A DNA stretch of 64,000 nucleotides from Bdellovibrionales bacterium (GTDB lineage Bacteria; Bdellovibrionota; Bdellovibrionia; Bdellovibrionales; UBA1609): assembly GCA_965203095.1 (NCBI GenBank), contig OZ241877.1, positions 1 to 64,000 of the forward strand, read 5' to 3'. The notes under the pieces are model-generated. The model ran no database searches. It was not told where the DNA came from and saw only the letters and a program-made list of their open reading frames with translations. Both the position numbers and the translations under genes were made by a program. Numbering within the stretch: the first letter of the stretch is position 1; the number at the start of each line of letters is the position of its first letter. This document shows, piece by piece, positions 28,797 through 39,013 of the stretch.

Positions 28797-30098
28797 CTAA
28801 TCCTCCCTTTTGTTTTTGTCCCAAAGCCCTTTATACTCTTCTAATCCATTATTTTTATTTTCTACAGGAGGGCGGATCGGGGAGGGGGTTGGTTCTCTGA
28901 TAGGCAAGGGGTGAGGGATATTTTTCTTTTTATTATAGCTCAAAGAAGCCTCAAAATTTTCTTTTAAGTTGGTGCAAAAAAAATCAAAGGGCCAAATTTC
29001 AATCCCCTCCTCTGTTTTTCTGACAGTCTTTCCCATATAAACTACGATTAGCCTTTTAACATTCCTAAGCTCTTTTATAGCTTTTAAACCTTTGAAGTCT
29101 TTAGAGGAAACCTGCTCCTTGGCCTTAGCCTCAATAGCTATCAACTCCTCTCCTCTTTTTAAAATAAAATCCACCTCTGTTGTTTTGGCCTCTGCCGGGG
29201 ACCAGTAATAAATCTCTTCATAAAGCTTGTGGTAATCTTTATAAGCCCTTAAAATTTGAGCTATCAGCCCTTCAAAAAGAAAGCCTTTTTCCTCAACGGA
29301 GACCGGACCAAAATTCTTTTTTAAAGCACGGGCAAGACCCGGATCCGTAATATAAAATTTAGGACGTTGTTTTTCTTTTACTCTCAATTTAGGGGAATAA
29401 GCTGGGATAAAAAAACCCAACATAGTATCTTCTAAAATGGAAAAAAACTGGCGGACAGACTGTCTTTTAGTTTCAGAATCCCTTGCAATGGCTGTCATAT
29501 TTAAAGCCTGACTATGAAACAAACCCGCCACTTGTAAAAAACGGGTAAAGGCCGGAAGATTTCTAACCAAAGCCTCTGCTTTGATTTCCTCTTCAAGATA
29601 GGTTCCGGCATAATCTCTTAACTTATCACCTCTGTCAGTAGATGACCATACAATGGGAAGTAGACCGTAGCGTAAAGCCTCATTCAAATTAAAATCCTCC
29701 CCTAACTCTTCTGGAACAAAGGGATGAAGAGTGGCCTGGCCAAGGCGACCCCCTAAAAGATTGGCTTGTCGTGCATTGATCTTGCGAATACTGGAGCCTG
29801 TGAGAATAAAATGGCGGTTAGAGGACCCTATTAAGCGTTGGACTTCGTCCAACAACTGAGGCATTTTTTGAATTTCATCCACAATAACCAGACCATTACC
29901 CTTAAAAGCACGGACTTCTTCATAAAATTGCCCTGTATTGGAAAGGTAGCTTTGGTAAAGAGATCCGTCTAAAAGATCAATATAAAGGGCTGAGGGAAAA
30001 CGTCTTTTTAAAAGCTCTGTTTTGCCACTCCCTCTCAGGCCAAACAAAAGAAGATTTTTTTTGTTAGAAAATGAAATGAGCCGTTTTTTGTATATCAT
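28797..30098 (-). CDS. AAA+ ATPase (AAA_14) with DUF4143 C-domain
   Basis: GLRGSGKT, IVDEIQK, LTGSS, LLGGR, KFYITDPGL, EVDF..IEAK. Confidence 0.9.
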   Translation of the reverse strand: MIYKKRLISFSNKKNLLLFGLRGSGKTELLKRRFPSALYIDLLDGSLYQSYLSNTGQFYEEVRAFKGNGLVIVDEIQKMPQLLDEVQRLIGSSNRHFILTGSSIRKINARQANLLGGRLGQATLHPFVPEELGEDFNLNEALRYGLLPIVWSSTDRGDKLRDYAGTYLEEEIKAEALVRNLPAFTRFLQVAGLFHSQALNMTAIARDSETKRQSVRQFFSILEDTMLGFFIPAYSPKLRVKEKQRPKFYITDPGLARALKKNFGPVSVEEKGFLFEGLIAQILRAYKDYHKLYEEIYYWSPAEAKTTEVDFILKRGEELIAIEAKAKEQVSSKDFKGLKAIKELRNVKRLIVVYMGKTVRKTEEGIEIWPFDFFCTNLKENFEASLSYNKKKNIPHPLPIREPTPSPIRPPVENKNNGLEEYKGLWDKNKRED

Positions 30099-30101
30099 TT
30101 T

Positions 30102-30250
30102 AACAATTTCTGCTATTTTTTATAAAAAGTCAATAGGAAATGCCGATTTTTGTCGGATCTAATAACAATTTTCGCCGATTTTTGTTAAAAGTCAATAAAA
30201 AAATACCGCTTTTTGTCAGATCTAATAACAATTTTCGCCGATTTTTGTTA
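30102..30250. repeat. ~63-bp tandem duplication with five phased GCCGATTTTT-like boxes
   Basis: Boxes start at 30112, 30142, 30174, 30205, 30237, directly upstream of the AAA gene. Confidence 0.85.
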
Positions 30251-30822
30251 GAAATTTAAAAACTTAAGATGTTTTTCTCGTGAAACAGAAGGGATTTTAG
30301 AGAAAATGTTAAGGTTTCTCTTCCCCCCTGGCTCAATACCTTGTAATTGCCACTATTACAATCCAAAACCAAAACACAACACGAATCTTTCTGGCAAGGC
30401 CCATACTCATGACTTTTCTGTTCAAAACAAAGTCAAAAGTCTTAATGATTTAATCTCATTGTTTGAAAAAGCTTGACATTCCCTGTCCTTTTCCATAATA
30501 AAATTGTTTGTTTTTTTAGTTTTGACATTAGCTTTAGCTCCGCTTAACCGTGGGGCTTTTGCTTTACCGGATCTACTACTTTTCAAGACAAAACTATATC
30601 AAAACCTTTGTAAATTTTTCACACAACAGCTCAATAAAGTATCTCATTTTGGGCCTAAAAGCGGGCATTTTAAAGCAAACAGCCCGGCGGGACCGGGTAT
30701 TTGCTATGAAACTACATTCTATTTTTACCTACAATAGTAGGATTTGCACTTATCTTATCGGACGGGCTATCCCCAGAGCTTTAATTTTTTTCTTTTTATC
30801 TCTGTTTTTAGACTTTCTTTTT

Positions 30823-32094
30823 TTAAAAAACGGTTGTTTTTAATAGTTCAGAAAGTTTTATATGGCTAATATGCCTCGCAGGCAAATAACAAGATAGCCA
30901 AGAACATATAAAAGCTCCAGCAATAGCCAATAAATAACTGATGGGCATGAGTTGCGTGGGGAGACTTCGGTCCTGATATATTTCAGGCAGAAAAGGAAAA
31001 CTATTTAGTTTAAGAAAAGCCAACACAGCCATAGCCAATAAAAATCCAAGGCTTATTCCTATTGCAGATAAAAACATTCCCATAAAAGTAAAAAGTCGGA
31101 CAGTGTCTTTTTGAGAAAACCCCATAGCTTGAAGTATAGCTAAGTCCTCCCTTTTTTGAGTAATGAGTAAAAAAAGAGCAGAGGAGAGCCCCAGGCAAGA
31201 GAGCAGTAAAGTTATAGTTAAAAATAAAGTCATTATAAATTTTTCTAACTTAAGGGCAAAAAACATGTTAGAGTTGGCCTCCATCCAAGTCCGACTGGAA
31301 TAGGCACTCAAAAGTTTTTTATAAAAGGGAGCTTGTTCCGGATCATAAAGCCGAATTTCTGCCCCATACCGGATTTTGGAAAAATCGCCAAAATCCATAA
31401 GGCCCTTAGGGTAGTAAATAGATAGAGCGGATTTTTCATATTCTGCTGGAGGCAAAACCCCCTTAATTTTAAAGTTTTTTATTGGTGGAGGAATATGGGA
31501 AGGGAGGAGAAGCCCCGCTAAGGGAATAAGGCTTATGTCTCCGGAAAAAAGCCCTCCAGCCAAAGCCAACTCATGGCTTAAAAGCACTTCTTTTTTGCTT
31601 AAAAGACTAAGAGGCGGGCGACTTTCTTCCTCTAAAAAAGAAGAATCTTTATGGGATGGCTCTTCAAAAGCCTGAGATAACATTTTATCCCATTCTTGCT
31701 GAGGATGACCTATGGCCAGGACCCCTTTAAAACCCTCTGTGCTTTGTAAAATCACTTCCTGTGTCTCAAAAAATGTTATGGATTGGATTCCCCTTTTTTG
31801 CTCTAAACTTAAAACAGGAGAAGAAAGAGGCCATTTCTCTTTACCTAAAAACAAACTTCTGCCTTTCTCCTGGGATTGAATAAGAGGAGGGCCTTTAAAA
31901 CGAATAGACAGATGGGCCGACTGAGAGAGCAGGCGGGATTTTATGGCTTGGCCAAAGCCCCCCATAATGCTCATAATTAAAATTAAGGCGGATAGGCTAA
32001 TAGTCATTCCCGCTAAGCCAATCCAAGAAACCCAGCGAATAAGAGAACCCGCCCGGTGGGAAAAAAAATACCGGCGGAAAAAATAAAAAGACAT
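30823..32094 (-). CDS. Lipoprotein-releasing ABC permease LolC/E family
   Basis: LIMSIMGGF, ALKLEK, DLAILQAMG, YLPAR motifs. Confidence 0.85.
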   Translation of the reverse strand: MSFYFFRRYFFSHRAGSLIRWVSWIGLAGMTISLSALILIMSIMGGFGQAIKSRLLSQSAHLSIRFKGPPLIQSQEKGRSLFLGKEKWPLSSPVLSLEQKRGIQSITFFETQEVILQSTEGFKGVLAIGHPQQEWDKMLSQAFEEPSHKDSSFLEEESRPPLSLLSKKEVLLSHELALAGGLFSGDISLIPLAGLLLPSHIPPPIKNFKIKGVLPPAEYEKSALSIYYPKGLMDFGDFSKIRYGAEIRLYDPEQAPFYKKLLSAYSSRTWMEANSNMFFALKLEKFIMTLFLTITLLLSCLGLSSALFLLITQKREDLAILQAMGFSQKDTVRLFTFMGMFLSAIGISLGFLLAMAVLAFLKLNSFPFLPEIYQDRSLPTQLMPISYLLAIAGAFICSWLSCYLPARHISHIKLSELLKTTVF

Positions 32095-32166
32095 AGCCTT
32101 TTATCTATCACAAACTGGTTTTTGTTGACAACAATCCCACCATTAGAGATCATTACAGGATAAACA

Positions 32167-34425
32167 ATGTATGATAGCAAAAAAAGCCCCGCCTTTATCA
32201 AAAAATGTTATGGAAAGGCCCAACAGAGGCTGGCATCTGTTCGAAAACTGTATCCTAAACCGCTCACTCTTACAGAAAAAATATGGATATCCCATCTGAG
32301 CTTTCCTGAAAAGTTTTCGGAAAAAGAGGAGTTCCTGCAACTCTTGCCCGATCGGGTGATTATGCAGGATGTGACGGCCCAGATGGCCCTACTGCAATTT
32401 ATGTTGGCGGGTAAAAACTCTGTGTCTGTCCGGACAAGTATTCACTGCGATCACCTGATTGTGGCTAAAGAAGGGGCCGAGAAAGACATAAAAAACTCTC
32501 TCACTTCCAACAAAGAGGTTTTTGATTTTTTATCCTCCACAGCCAGCCTTTACAATATCGGTTTTTGGAAACCCGGAGCAGGGATCATTCATCAAGTGGT
32601 TTTGGAAAATTATGCCTTCCCCGGTGCCCTTATTATTGGGACTGATTCCCACAGCCCCAACGCCGGAGGCTTAGGGACTTTAGCCGTAGGGGTGGGTGGG
32701 GCAGACGCCGTAGATGTAATGGCGGGTTTTCCCTGGGAATTAAAAAAACCTCAGGTCATTGGGGTCCATTTAACAGGTGAGCTTTCCGGTTGGGCCTCTC
32801 CTAAAGATGTTATTTTAAAGTTATTGGGGCTTTTGACTGTTAAAGGGGGGACAAACAAAGTTATTGAGTATTTTGGCGAAGGGGCCAAAAATATCAGTTG
32901 CACAGGCAAGGCCACTATCACTAACATGGGAGCGGAGTTAGGGGCCACCAGCTCTATTTTTCCCTTCGATCTGAAAATGAAAAATTACCTCAAAGCCACT
33001 TTGAGAGAAGAGATAGCCCAGCTGGCACTTCAGTATTCTGCTAACTTAGAGGCGGATAAAGAAGTTTTAAAAGATCCGTCCCAATATTATGATGAGCTTA
33101 TAGAAATCTCTTTGTCCGATCTCAAACCTTATATCTCTGGCCCCCACAGCCCCGATCGGATCCGGACCCTAAAAGAACTCAAAACAGAGGCCAAAAAAGA
33201 AGAATGGCCTTTAAAACTCTCCTCAGCTCTAATTGGCTCTTGCACCAACTCCTCCTATCAGGATATGGGCCGGGCAGTGGATGTGGCCCGGCAGGCTCAT
33301 CTTAAGAATATAAAAATGCCTCAACCTTTTTTAGTGACTCCCGGATCCGACCTTGTAAAAAAGACTATTGAAAGAGATGGCTATATGAAAGATTTTGAAA
33401 AAGTAGGAGCTACAGTTTTAGCCAATGCCTGTGGGCCTTGTATTGGACAATGGAATCGCAATTTAAAAAAAGGCGAGACCAATGTCATATTGAACAGTTT
33501 TAATAGGAATTTTAAAGGTCGGAATGATGCCAACCCTAACACTTTGTCTTTTATAGCCAGTCCGGAAATAGTGATGGCTATCGGCCTCGCCGGCCGTTTG
33601 GATTTTGATCCTGAAACCGATGAGTTGGAGCAAAATGGCCATAAAGTCAAATTCCTCCCCCCTCAGGCTAAAGAACTGCCCACTCACTTTGTGGTGGAAA
33701 AAGGCAATGGATACATAGCCCCCACTGGTCGAGGGGAAATAAAAATCCGCCCTCATTCCCAAAGGCTTTCCCTCTTAAAAGCCTTCCCTCCTTGGGACGG
33801 AAAAGATTTGGAAAATCTTTTAATTTTGTGCAAGGCTGAGGGAAAGTGCACTACAGATCATATTTCCCCCGCGGGGTTTTGGCTGAAATATCGAGGGCAT
33901 TTGGATAAAATTTCTAACAATCTCCTTTTAGGGGCACGAAATAGCTGGACCGGAGAGATAGGGCGAGGGGAAAATATTTTTATAAAACAAAAAGCCCCTT
34001 TTGCTGAAATAGCGAGAGATTATAAAAAAAGAGGCCAAGGCTGGGTGATTATTGGGGGGAGCAATTATGGCGAAGGCAGTAGCCGGGAGCATGCGGCAAT
34101 GAGCCCCCGCCATCTCAACTGCCGAGCAGTTTTAGTCCAAAGTTTTGCCCGTATTCATGAAACCAATTTGAAAAAACAAGGTGTTTTGCCCCTCTGCTTT
34201 GTTGATCCCTCCGATGAAAATTTGTTTTTACCAGAGGATCGGCTCAGTATTACTGAGTTGGATAGGCTTGAGCCTCATAGCCAACACCCTGTTTTGATCC
34301 AGCATCGAGATGGGTCAAAAAAAACCATTTATGTAAAACACTCTATGAATGCGGAACAAATTGAATGGTTTAAAGCCGGATCTTCCCTTAAGGCTCTATC
34401 AAACAAAATATCTGCGGGGGGATAG
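32167..34425 (+). CDS. Aconitate hydratase (mitochondrial-type)
   Basis: DRVIMQDVTAQMA, IHCDH, GTDSH, LIGSCTNSS, ANACGPCIG, CTTDHIS, NYGEGSSREHAA. Confidence 0.95.
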   Translation: MYDSKKSPAFIKKCYGKAQQRLASVRKLYPKPLTLTEKIWISHLSFPEKFSEKEEFLQLLPDRVIMQDVTAQMALLQFMLAGKNSVSVRTSIHCDHLIVAKEGAEKDIKNSLTSNKEVFDFLSSTASLYNIGFWKPGAGIIHQVVLENYAFPGALIIGTDSHSPNAGGLGTLAVGVGGADAVDVMAGFPWELKKPQVIGVHLTGELSGWASPKDVILKLLGLLTVKGGTNKVIEYFGEGAKNISCTGKATITNMGAELGATSSIFPFDLKMKNYLKATLREEIAQLALQYSANLEADKEVLKDPSQYYDELIEISLSDLKPYISGPHSPDRIRTLKELKTEAKKEEWPLKLSSALIGSCTNSSYQDMGRAVDVARQAHLKNIKMPQPFLVTPGSDLVKKTIERDGYMKDFEKVGATVLANACGPCIGQWNRNLKKGETNVILNSFNRNFKGRNDANPNTLSFIASPEIVMAIGLAGRLDFDPETDELEQNGHKVKFLPPQAKELPTHFVVEKGNGYIAPTGRGEIKIRPHSQRLSLLKAFPPWDGKDLENLLILCKAEGKCTTDHISPAGFWLKYRGHLDKISNNLLLGARNSWTGEIGRGENIFIKQKAPFAEIARDYKKRGQGWVIIGGSNYGEGSSREHAAMSPRHLNCRAVLVQSFARIHETNLKKQGVLPLCFVDPSDENLFLPEDRLSITELDRLEPHSQHPVLIQHRDGSKKTIYVKHSMNAEQIEWFKAGSSLKALSNKISAGG

Positions 34426-34509
34426 ACTAAAGCCCTGTCATGTTCATATTATGCCTGCTGATATGTTGAAAAGGCTTTCTTTCCTGCATAAAATAAAAGT
34501 TAAAGGGGC

Positions 34510-35754
34510 TTGTCCATGTTATTTTATTCATTCAATATTTTTTTAAAAAAACTTGTTTTTCTATTGCTTTTCATGACCCTCTTCTCCTGTATCCCCAACA
34601 TGAACATGGGGGGGGAGAATAGGGATAGAAAAGGCCCTATATCTCAAGTTGTAGAGGGGGATAGGCCAGAAAGAGAAGAGGGCAAAGGTTTTTCAGGTTC
34701 TTGCCCTTCAAACAAATTGTCCTCAAAAGAAATCTCTCTTAAAGATTTAGAATTTGTGGATTCTGAAAATGTGGGTGAGTATCTTCTCCAGGGCCGTTGC
34801 TCAACAAAAAAACACTTGGTTTATGTGACTGTCAATGGTCGCAAAACCACTGCTAATCCCAAGTGTGACAAAGGCCGGTGGAAAGTGACCTTAAACTTAA
34901 CTACTATTGTTCATGAAGAAGAGTATATGATCTTTCTCATAGAGCACAACCGGGAAGAAATTTGTAAAAAAGTGCGAGTGAGTTTTATAGGCCCTAAAAA
35001 CTATGTTCCCATACCTCCAGTGGATGACAACTACGAATCGAGTTTTTATGTGATGAAGTATGAGGCCAAAGTGGAGGAGAAGGAAGGGGCTTTAGCTAAA
35101 GCTATTTCTGTCCCAGAGGGTTTGCCGGCAACGGCAAGAAGAGTTTCACAGGGAGCGGCCCGTATTTTGTGCCAAAACAACGGGAGCCGGTTTGATTTGA
35201 TTCAAAACTCACAGTGGCAAAATATTGCCCGATCTATAGAAGATGTGGATGAAAATTGGTCCCAGGGCCAGGCCATTCCTTCAGACAATAACCTTTTAAA
35301 TTGTGGGGTGATCCGGGGTCGCCCTCGCTCCGCCTCAGCAGACGACAATGAGGACTGTGCCCTTGCCTCCTGTCAGGAGGGCTGGGATGAAAACAGAAGA
35401 ACACATCTTCTCCCTCACGGTGGAGGGCGGATATGGGATATATGTGGCAATGTGGGTGAAATGATGAAGGATAAGTATAGAAAAAACCACTCTTTTGATG
35501 ATTATATCTATCGCCTTTCCGATGAGTTAAAGGAGCTGTTTGGCCCTAAAAAAACTTATAAAACAGCTGGTTCTGGCCGAACCAGAAACACTTGGAATTT
35601 GGGCTATGCCGATGTTAAAAGGGGGAAAGACCTAATTGTTCGTGGAGTTCCGGGAAGAGACGCTGGGATATTCTCTGTAGATGTCTCTCAAAATCAGTCC
35701 AGCCGGCGAGGATACGCTATTGATGTGGGGTTCCGCTGTGTATATATTCCTTAA
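34510..35754 (+). CDS. Lipoprotein with C-terminal FGE-sulfatase/C-type-lectin-like domain
   Basis: Lipobox LFSC; FYVMKYEAK, IWDICGNVGE, GFRC motifs. Confidence 0.7.
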   Translation: MSMLFYSFNIFLKKLVFLLLFMTLFSCIPNMNMGGENRDRKGPISQVVEGDRPEREEGKGFSGSCPSNKLSSKEISLKDLEFVDSENVGEYLLQGRCSTKKHLVYVTVNGRKTTANPKCDKGRWKVTLNLTTIVHEEEYMIFLIEHNREEICKKVRVSFIGPKNYVPIPPVDDNYESSFYVMKYEAKVEEKEGALAKAISVPEGLPATARRVSQGAARILCQNNGSRFDLIQNSQWQNIARSIEDVDENWSQGQAIPSDNNLLNCGVIRGRPRSASADDNEDCALASCQEGWDENRRTHLLPHGGGRIWDICGNVGEMMKDKYRKNHSFDDYIYRLSDELKELFGPKKTYKTAGSGRTRNTWNLGYADVKRGKDLIVRGVPGRDAGIFSVDVSQNQSSRRGYAIDVGFRCVYIP

Positions 35755-36908
35755 GCTCCTGTTTTTTTTAATGAAATATCTTTACCGATAGCTAAGCTGG
35801 TTTTTCCCGATCCGTCATTGATATGGCTTAGGCCACTAAAATACATTTTGAGTTTTTCTGCAGAAGGGCTATTTTTAACAGCCTCCTCTTGGCTGATCTG
35901 TTTCTTGTTAACAAGCTCTATGAGATGCTGATTAAAAGACTGCATTCCCCAAACTTCCAGCCCCTCTTCAATAAGGCTGTCTAAAAGAGAAGTGCTTTTG
36001 TCCTCATCTTCTAAAAAAGAACGTACACGGGGGTTATTGATTAAAATTTCCACAGCGGGGATAAGTCCTTTTTTGTCTTTTCTCATCAATAATTTTTGGC
36101 ACAATATAACTCTTAAACTTGAGGCAAACTTCATACGAAAAAACTTCTTCTTATCCGACTTCACTAAAGCCAAAACCCGATGGATGGTATCAGAAACACT
36201 ATTAGTATGAAGGGTAGAAAAAACCAAATGTCCAGTGCTTGCGGCCGCTAAGGCGGTCTCCATAGATTCAAAATCCCTTATCTCTCCAAAAAAGATAATG
36301 TCTGGGTCTTGCCGCAATGTGGATTTGAGAGCCAGGTTGTAATTCAAATAATCCGATCCCAATTCTCTTTGGCTGACTATGCTCTTCCTGTCCTCAATTA
36401 AAAACTCAATAGGATCTTCAATGGTGATAATATGCCGGCTCAACCGTTGATTGACATCATTGAGCATGGAGGCAATTGTTGAAGATTTCCCATTCCCTGT
36501 GGATCCCGTCACAAGAATCAATCCATTTCTATAAGATCGTAAAATTTTAGGCACTTTTGAGGGCAAATTCAGCTCCTCATAAGTTGGCAATTTGAAGGGA
36601 ATATTTCGCACCACCACTCTTAAGGTTCCCCTTTGATAAAAAATATTGAATCGGAACCGGCCCACCCCCTTCACTCCATAAGAAAAATCCACTTGCCTCA
36701 TCTCCATTAAATTTTGCCGGCGATAGGCATTCAAAAAAGGTTCAATGGCCTGAGTAATGTCTTCATTAGTGAGATAAAATTGCTTTTTATAAAGGAGCAT
36801 CAGCTGGCCGTTTTTTCGAACTACAGGAGCTGTCCCCACCTTAAGGTGTAGGTCACTCAGCTGATGTTTGACCATCAATTCAAAACATTCTTGAATATTG
36901 AGCCTCAT
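35751..36908 (-). CDS. PilT/PilU family pilus retraction ATPase
   Basis: SDLHL, GRFRFN, GSTGNGKSS, TIEDPIE, LRQDPD, GHLVFSTLH, GMQSF. Confidence 0.92.
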   Translation of the reverse strand: MRLNIQECFELMVKHQLSDLHLKVGTAPVVRKNGQLMLLYKKQFYLTNEDITQAIEPFLNAYRRQNLMEMRQVDFSYGVKGVGRFRFNIFYQRGTLRVVVRNIPFKLPTYEELNLPSKVPKILRSYRNGLILVTGSTGNGKSSTIASMLNDVNQRLSRHIITIEDPIEFLIEDRKSIVSQRELGSDYLNYNLALKSTLRQDPDIIFFGEIRDFESMETALAAASTGHLVFSTLHTNSVSDTIHRVLALVKSDKKKFFRMKFASSLRVILCQKLLMRKDKKGLIPAVEILINNPRVRSFLEDEDKSTSLLDSLIEEGLEVWGMQSFNQHLIELVNKKQISQEEAVKNSPSAEKLKMYFSGLSHINDGSGKTSLAIGKDISLKKTGA

Positions 36909-36915
36909 ATTAACT

Positions 36916-36943
36916 ATATCGGATAAAACTTAAGTAAATTTTA
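36916..36943 (-). promoter_or_regulatory. Sigma28-type promoter TAAA-N16-TCCGATAT, 7 nt before the PilT/PilU ATG
   Basis: Minus-strand motif with the same spacing as 8449, 14489 and 44564. Confidence 0.6.
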
Positions 36944-36944
36944 G

Positions 36945-37994
36945 TCAAAATCGGCTGTGGGCCAGCCTTTTGATTTCTTTTTGAATGTCGGAAACTTGAG
37001 GCACAGTGGCTGTTTCTAAATGGGGATGAAGCCCCACTCCGGGAATTTGTTTTCCCGCTAAAACTGCTGGTGGGGCCAAAAGATGAGAAAAAAGCTCCTG
37101 AACTGCTCGATAAGCCAAATGCTCCCCAAAATTGGCCACTTCTGTATCCTCATTCACAAAAAGCACTCGCCCTGTTTTTTGAATAGAGCTTTTAATCAAA
37201 GGCCAGTCATAAGGGTAAAGGCTGATCAAATCAATCAACTCCACACTGACATCCCCATCCTTAATAGCCTCTGCTGAAAGATGAAGGGACCGGCCAAAAC
37301 TCACTACTGTCAACTCCTCCCCTTCTTGAACAATTCGCCCCCGGCCAATAGGGACTTTATACTCTTTTAAAGAGGGCCAACGGGGCCGAAAGTTTTTTCT
37401 TTCCTCCCCTAAGGGGGCATCTATCATTTGCTTTAAAACTTTTTCGTCTTCTGGCTCGCCAGGGATCTTTTCTTTAGATTTTATTCTCAAAAGAGCCTTA
37501 GGCTTTAAATAAAAAACAGGATGGGGATCCAAAATGGCAGAGAGCAAAAGCCCATACGCGTCCACAGCATTAGATGGGGATACCACTTTCCAGCCAGGGA
37601 TCCTTACAGCCCAGGTATCAAAACTATGGCTATGGTAAATGGACCCGTGAATCCCGGCCCCATTAGGAGTCATTAAAACCAAAGGCAAAGGGAATTGCCC
37701 ATTACTGGCCCACAAATTATTGCCCGCAAGTTTTAACAAATCAATAGTGTTAAAAATATAATCCGCAAACTGAATTTCAGCAACGCATCTTTGCCCGGTC
37801 ATAGCTATTCCTATAGCCATTCCCACAATACCCCTTTCGTCTAAGGGCGTATTCCATGCCGTTTTGATCCCCTGAGTGGCTGTAAAAACTCCACCTAAGG
37901 GGGGACCTACATCTTGGCCAAACACATCCCTCAACTCCAGGTGCTCTTCCGCATAGTGAAGAGCCATCCTTATCCCCTGAACCATTGTGGCCAT
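36945..37994 (-). CDS. 2-oxoacid (probably branched-chain) dehydrogenase E1 beta
   Basis: FGQDV..GGVF, NTPLDERG, AEIQFADY, YHSHS. Confidence 0.9.
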   Translation of the reverse strand: MATMVQGIRMALHYAEEHLELRDVFGQDVGPPLGGVFTATQGIKTAWNTPLDERGIVGMAIGIAMTGQRCVAEIQFADYIFNTIDLLKLAGNNLWASNGQFPLPLVLMTPNGAGIHGSIYHSHSFDTWAVRIPGWKVVSPSNAVDAYGLLLSAILDPHPVFYLKPKALLRIKSKEKIPGEPEDEKVLKQMIDAPLGEERKNFRPRWPSLKEYKVPIGRGRIVQEGEELTVVSFGRSLHLSAEAIKDGDVSVELIDLISLYPYDWPLIKSSIQKTGRVLFVNEDTEVANFGEHLAYRAVQELFSHLLAPPAVLAGKQIPGVGLHPHLETATVPQVSDIQKEIKRLAHSRF

Positions 37995-38009
37995 ATTTCT
38001 GTCCTTTTT

Positions 38010-39005
38010 TTAAAATTTTCGCCAGTTGGCCTCTTCATTCTGATAAATATACTGCCATATACTCTCTGGCTTGGGATCTCTCTCCTGCATGACTTCCTGT
38101 TGGGCCTTTTTGGCTTCCTCTTTATAGCCATCCCATACTTTTTTTATCTGTTCTGCATTTAAAATTTTTTCTTTTTTGAGACGGTTCTCAAACTGCTTAA
38201 TACAACAATCTTCGGGAACATAGTTGGCCCCAGAGGCTGAAGAATGGCCATACAGACGGGAAACTTTAGCCTCAATAAATACCGGTTTTCGCTTTTTTCG
38301 AATGCTCTGAATGGATTTTTCCAAAACCTGCCAACTCTCCACAGGATCATTCCCATCAATTGGATAGCTTTCTATTTGAAAAGCTCTGGCCCGATCAATG
38401 ATATTACAAGCATGTTGGCTGGAGTGGCTGGTGGAAATCCCCCACTGATTGTTTTGCACAGTGATAAGTAAAGGCAGTTCCTTTTTGGGGCGACTGGCCC
38501 ATATCAAACAAGTTGCAAAATCCCCTTCATGGGAACCTGCGTCCCCTCCCGTCACTACAGTGAGGCTATTATTGCCTTTTTCCCTTTTTTGAACATGAGC
38601 TGTCCCTATGGCCATAGAGTATTGCACTTCAATAGTTGAGCTTATAGGGGCCACATTCCATTGAGGAAGGCTGTAATGGTTGACAAAATTTCTCCCGCCG
38701 GAAGACTGATCTGTAGCTTTGTTCAACATAGTTCTGAAAGCCTCTTTCATACTCAGGCCCATAGCTATCAAAGTAGGCAAAGCCCTATAGTGAAGGTAAA
38801 GCCAGTCTTTATTTATCCCTTGCCCCTTATCTATTAAAAGACCTAAGGGAACAGAAAAAGCCTCCTCCCCCGGCCCTCCAATCCAAAAATAACCTAAGCC
38901 CTGCTTGTAAATATGAATAAGCCTCTCCTCTGTCACACGGGCTTTGACCATCAAATTATGAATTTGAATCCATCGCTCTTTAGGAAGAATGGAAATTTTT
39001 GACAT
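38010..39005 (-). CDS. 2-oxoacid dehydrogenase E1 alpha
   Basis: TPP motif GDAG..EGDF..QNNQWGIST, DGND, RLYGHSS. Confidence 0.9.
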   Translation of the reverse strand: MSKISILPKERWIQIHNLMVKARVTEERLIHIYKQGLGYFWIGGPGEEAFSVPLGLLIDKGQGINKDWLYLHYRALPTLIAMGLSMKEAFRTMLNKATDQSSGGRNFVNHYSLPQWNVAPISSTIEVQYSMAIGTAHVQKREKGNNSLTVVTGGDAGSHEGDFATCLIWASRPKKELPLLITVQNNQWGISTSHSSQHACNIIDRARAFQIESYPIDGNDPVESWQVLEKSIQSIRKKRKPVFIEAKVSRLYGHSSASGANYVPEDCCIKQFENRLKKEKILNAEQIKKVWDGYKEEAKKAQQEVMQERDPKPESIWQYIYQNEEANWRKF

Positions 39006-39013
39006 AAAAATTT

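Noticed and set aside
30473..30843. Another TM/coiled-coil cassette (TTGACAttccc promoter, ORFs 30504 and 30550)
   Set aside because: The promoter start resembles the family, but the ORFs lack heptads and LEAGQ; at most a remnant.
34510..35754. DGR target (CLec/FGE fold ending GFRC)
   Set aside because: No template repeat or reverse transcriptase seen in the window.
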